Shown piece by piece: positions 30,051 to 32,000 of a DNA stretch of 32,000 nucleotides (position 1 is its first letter; the number at the start of each line of letters is the position of its first letter). The position numbers were made by a program, and so were the translations under genes. The stretch is from assembly GCF_020885515.1 (NCBI RefSeq), contig NZ_AP024987.1, forward strand, positions 1,380,001 to 1,412,000, read 5' to 3'. This stretch comes from a cyanobacterium endosymbiont of Braarudosphaera bigelowii. GTDB lineage: Bacteria > Cyanobacteriota > Cyanobacteriia > Cyanobacteriales > Microcystaceae. Under the pieces are notes generated by a model, which saw only the letters and a program-made list of their open reading frames with translations, had not been told where the DNA came from and ran no database searches.

Positions 30051-31466
30051 CTAGTTACTTACTGAGTTTGGTATTAACATTTGATAATTATTAATTTTCT
30101 CTAATTGAGCAGCTACACGAATTAAAGCCAGCTCATCAGCAGGTTTTCCTACTAGTTGGATTCCTATTGGTAATCCTAAATCATCGTATCCCATAGGTAA
30201 ACTTATGACAGGTAATCCACTAGCATTAAATGCTGGGCAAGGAGATATCCAGTTAATAATTTTATCTAAAGTTTTTTCAGGTGATAAGTCAGACCATTCT
30301 CCAACTTTTATGGGTTGATGTAAATAGACAGGTAAGACTAAAATATCGAAAGTATCAAAAAAACTTACTAATTTACGAGAAAAAATTTGTACTTTATGAA
30401 CTGCCTGTAAATACTCTCCTGCTGTTACAGTACGTTGTTGTAGCCAAATATTTAATGGGCTTAGAATACTCAATGGCAATCCAGCTGCTTCGACTCCTGA
30501 TTGCCAAATAACTGTAAATGGATCAATTAAAGCTTCTACCGAAGGACATTTCTCTTCTAAATGATGTCCCAAAGATTCCAGAAGTAAAGCAGTTTTTTGA
30601 ATTGTTTTTTTGATAATCAACTCAGTTTCTAGAAAAGGTGGAATATAGTGAGAAAAAGCAATAGTTAGAGGCTGAGAAACTTGTTTAGAAGCCTCTAGAA
30701 AAGAAGTTTTAGATGTGGGCAACCAGTATGGATCACCTTTAGTATAGCCTGCCATTATATCTAACAAAGCTGCAGCATCACTTACTGTACGTGCTATGGG
30801 ACCATTACTAGAAATTCCACTTTGGTAATCTCCCATAGGAGCATTAGACACTCTTCCTCTGGAAGGTTTTATTCCAACCAATCCACAACAACCTGCTGGC
30901 CCTCGAATTGATCCACCCCCATCAGAACCTTGAGCAATCGGACACATCCCTGAAGCAACGGCTGCTGCTGAACCACCACTCGATCCTCCTGAAGTATAAT
31001 CTAAATTCCAGGGATTTCGGGAAGGTAAAAATCCTGGAGGCTCTGTATATGGAAACGATCCTAACTGGGAAGTCGCTGTTTTCCCTAAAATTATAAATCC
31101 AGCATTTTTTAAACGCTTGGTCACTTCATCATCATAACTAGCAACATTATTTTTAAGAGCAGATATACCATAGGTTAAAGGCATATTGACTACAGAGTTA
31201 AGATCCTTTATACCAATAGGAACTCCAAAAAAAGGAGGAAGATAATTCAGATTAGATATGGTGTTTAATTTTTTCGTCTTTTTTTCGGCATCTCTAAGAG
31301 CAGCTTTTTTTGCAACGAAAAAAAAGCTTCCTAGTTTTGAATTATATTTTTCAATTCGTTCTAAAAATAATTGAGTTAGATCTAAAGGTGTAATTTGACG
31401 ATCTAGAATTAGCTTAGCCAATTCTAAGGCAGGAGTAAAAGCTAAATCAATATCAATTGAGCTCAT
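30051..31466 (-). CDS. Amidase-signature family amidase (not GatA)
   Basis: 471 aa. The AS signature GGSSGGSAAAVASGMCPIAQGSDGGGSIRGPA is present, with catalytic Lys context GIKD. It lacks the GatA-specific NLDEFAMGSS region. Confidence 0.9.
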   Translation of the reverse strand: MSSIDIDLAFTPALELAKLILDRQITPLDLTQLFLERIEKYNSKLGSFFFVAKKAALRDAEKKTKKLNTISNLNYLPPFFGVPIGIKDLNSVVNMPLTYGISALKNNVASYDDEVTKRLKNAGFIILGKTATSQLGSFPYTEPPGFLPSRNPWNLDYTSGGSSGGSAAAVASGMCPIAQGSDGGGSIRGPAGCCGLVGIKPSRGRVSNAPMGDYQSGISSNGPIARTVSDAAALLDIMAGYTKGDPYWLPTSKTSFLEASKQVSQPLTIAFSHYIPPFLETELIIKKTIQKTALLLESLGHHLEEKCPSVEALIDPFTVIWQSGVEAAGLPLSILSPLNIWLQQRTVTAGEYLQAVHKVQIFSRKLVSFFDTFDILVLPVYLHQPIKVGEWSDLSPEKTLDKIINWISPCPAFNASGLPVISLPMGYDDLGLPIGIQLVGKPADELALIRVAAQLEKINNYQMLIPNSVSN

Positions 31467-31746
31467 TTGTAATAGATACTAAATATCTTGTAATTATAGG
31501 ATATCTGATTTAAAACTAGTATTGTATTGATGTACTAATCAATTATTTTATTATTAAGAATAATTGATATTACTTTTGATACTCTTCACATAGTCTTTCT
31601 GTAAATTTTATCTTATTGATAAAATAAATATTTTTCTAGTTTCATACTACTTCAGTAGTGTTTATTAAAATTTAGTAATGAGAAAGTTGATAGACATAAT
31701 TTTATGTAACACTATAGTATTAACTAAGTTTTCATTGTCCTAATAT

Positions 31747-32000
31747 ATGACTTCATTCCCCTACAAAGTTTGTATTACTTTAGGAACTCGTCCAGAAGCG
31801 ATAAAGCTTGCTCCTTTAATAAAAAAATTTCAGAGTTCCAAGATGCTTAATACCTATGTTATCTTAACAGGACAGCATCAAGAAATGGTAAGACAGGTTA
31901 TGAAGTTATTTAATATTGAGGCTAATGAAGATTTAAAGATAATGCAGCCTGATCAAAGTCTTACTGATATTACTTGTCGTAGCTTAAAAGGACTAGAAGA
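31747..32000 (+). CDS. wecB: UDP-N-acetylglucosamine 2-epimerase (non-hydrolysing), 5' part only; runs off the window
   Basis: My own translation from the ATG at 31747 gives MTSFPYKVCITLGTRPEAIKLAPLIKKF...LTGQHQEM...DLKIMQPDQSL, the canonical N-terminus of the epimerase_2 family. Confidence 0.85.
   Translation, partial: MTSFPYKVCITLGTRPEAIKLAPLIKKFQSSKMLNTYVILTGQHQEMVRQVMKLFNIEANEDLKIMQPDQSLTDITCRSLKGLE

Noticed and set aside
2244-31096. Track ORFs 2244..2456(+), 3128..3355(-), 4030..4230(-), 7457..7657(+), 11569..11847(+), 13758..13940(+), 15087..15323(-), 15324..15509(-), 20024..20239(-), 24424..24615(-), 30281..30511(+) and 30908..31096(+).
   Set aside because: Each lies antisense to, or out of frame within, a much longer ORF that has clear family motifs. 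They are 60-106 aa and compositionally odd (I/L/F/K/N-rich or low complexity), and I recognise no motifs. They are typical shadow ORFs of AT-rich DNA.
30051-31466. Amidase-signature protein as GatA (Glu-tRNA(Gln) amidotransferase subunit A).
   Set aside because: It shares only the generic GGSSGGSAAAVA/GSDGGGSIR signature. The GatA-typical NLDEFAMGSSTENS segment and the C-terminal region are absent, and no gatB or gatC is adjacent.
1-32000. Search for tRNA, rRNA, tmRNA, RNase P RNA (GAGGAAAGTCC-type P4 motif), CRISPR repeats, IS inverted repeats or transposases, and NtcA (GTA-N8-TAC) or HLR1 sites.
   Set aside because: I found no G+C-rich cloverleaf-like islands, no T-loop GGTTCGAATCC-type motifs outside coding sequence, no tandem direct repeats, no transposase or integrase ORFs, and no properly spaced NtcA or HLR1 motifs by eye. 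A covariance-model scan (tRNAscan-SE or Infernal/Rfam) would be needed to exclude ncRNAs formally.

Overview
This is a very AT-rich window from a cyanobacterium. By my hand tally of the called CDSs, about 78% is coding. I call 23 protein genes, one of them partial at the 3' edge. I found no rRNA, tRNA, CRISPR array, IS/transposase, integrase or phage genes. Most of the content is housekeeping: deoC, a GAF-type sensor kinase resembling Hik2/CSK, a Tic22-like periplasmic protein, smc, ispE, hisS, aspS, an FtsW-type SEDS protein, a CofH-type radical-SAM enzyme, galE, acsF, two putative cytochrome b6f haem-ci assembly (CCB-like) membrane proteins, an amidase plus ABC exporter pair, and the start of wecB. 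Several things merit a second look. (1) A tightly coupled carbamoyltransferase / SxtJ-like / DUF5989(SxtK-like) trio, whose last member is a 53-aa ORF absent from the supplied track. (2) A 689-aa FAD-dependent oxidoreductase with an N-terminal signal or anchor but no twin-arginine motif. (3) Several ORF-free spacers of 0.45-1.0 kb at roughly 12-23% G+C where I hand-counted, which look like eroded genes. (4) Long perfect AT-rich hairpins placed mostly between convergent gene ends. AcsF, CCB-like factors and Hik2 together with low G+C and decaying spacers suggest a genome-reduced, still chlorophyll-containing cyanobacterium such as a UCYN-A-like symbiont. That lineage call is inference only. I do not see a clear novel defence or mobile system, and the trio in (1) is the best candidate for uncharacterised biology.
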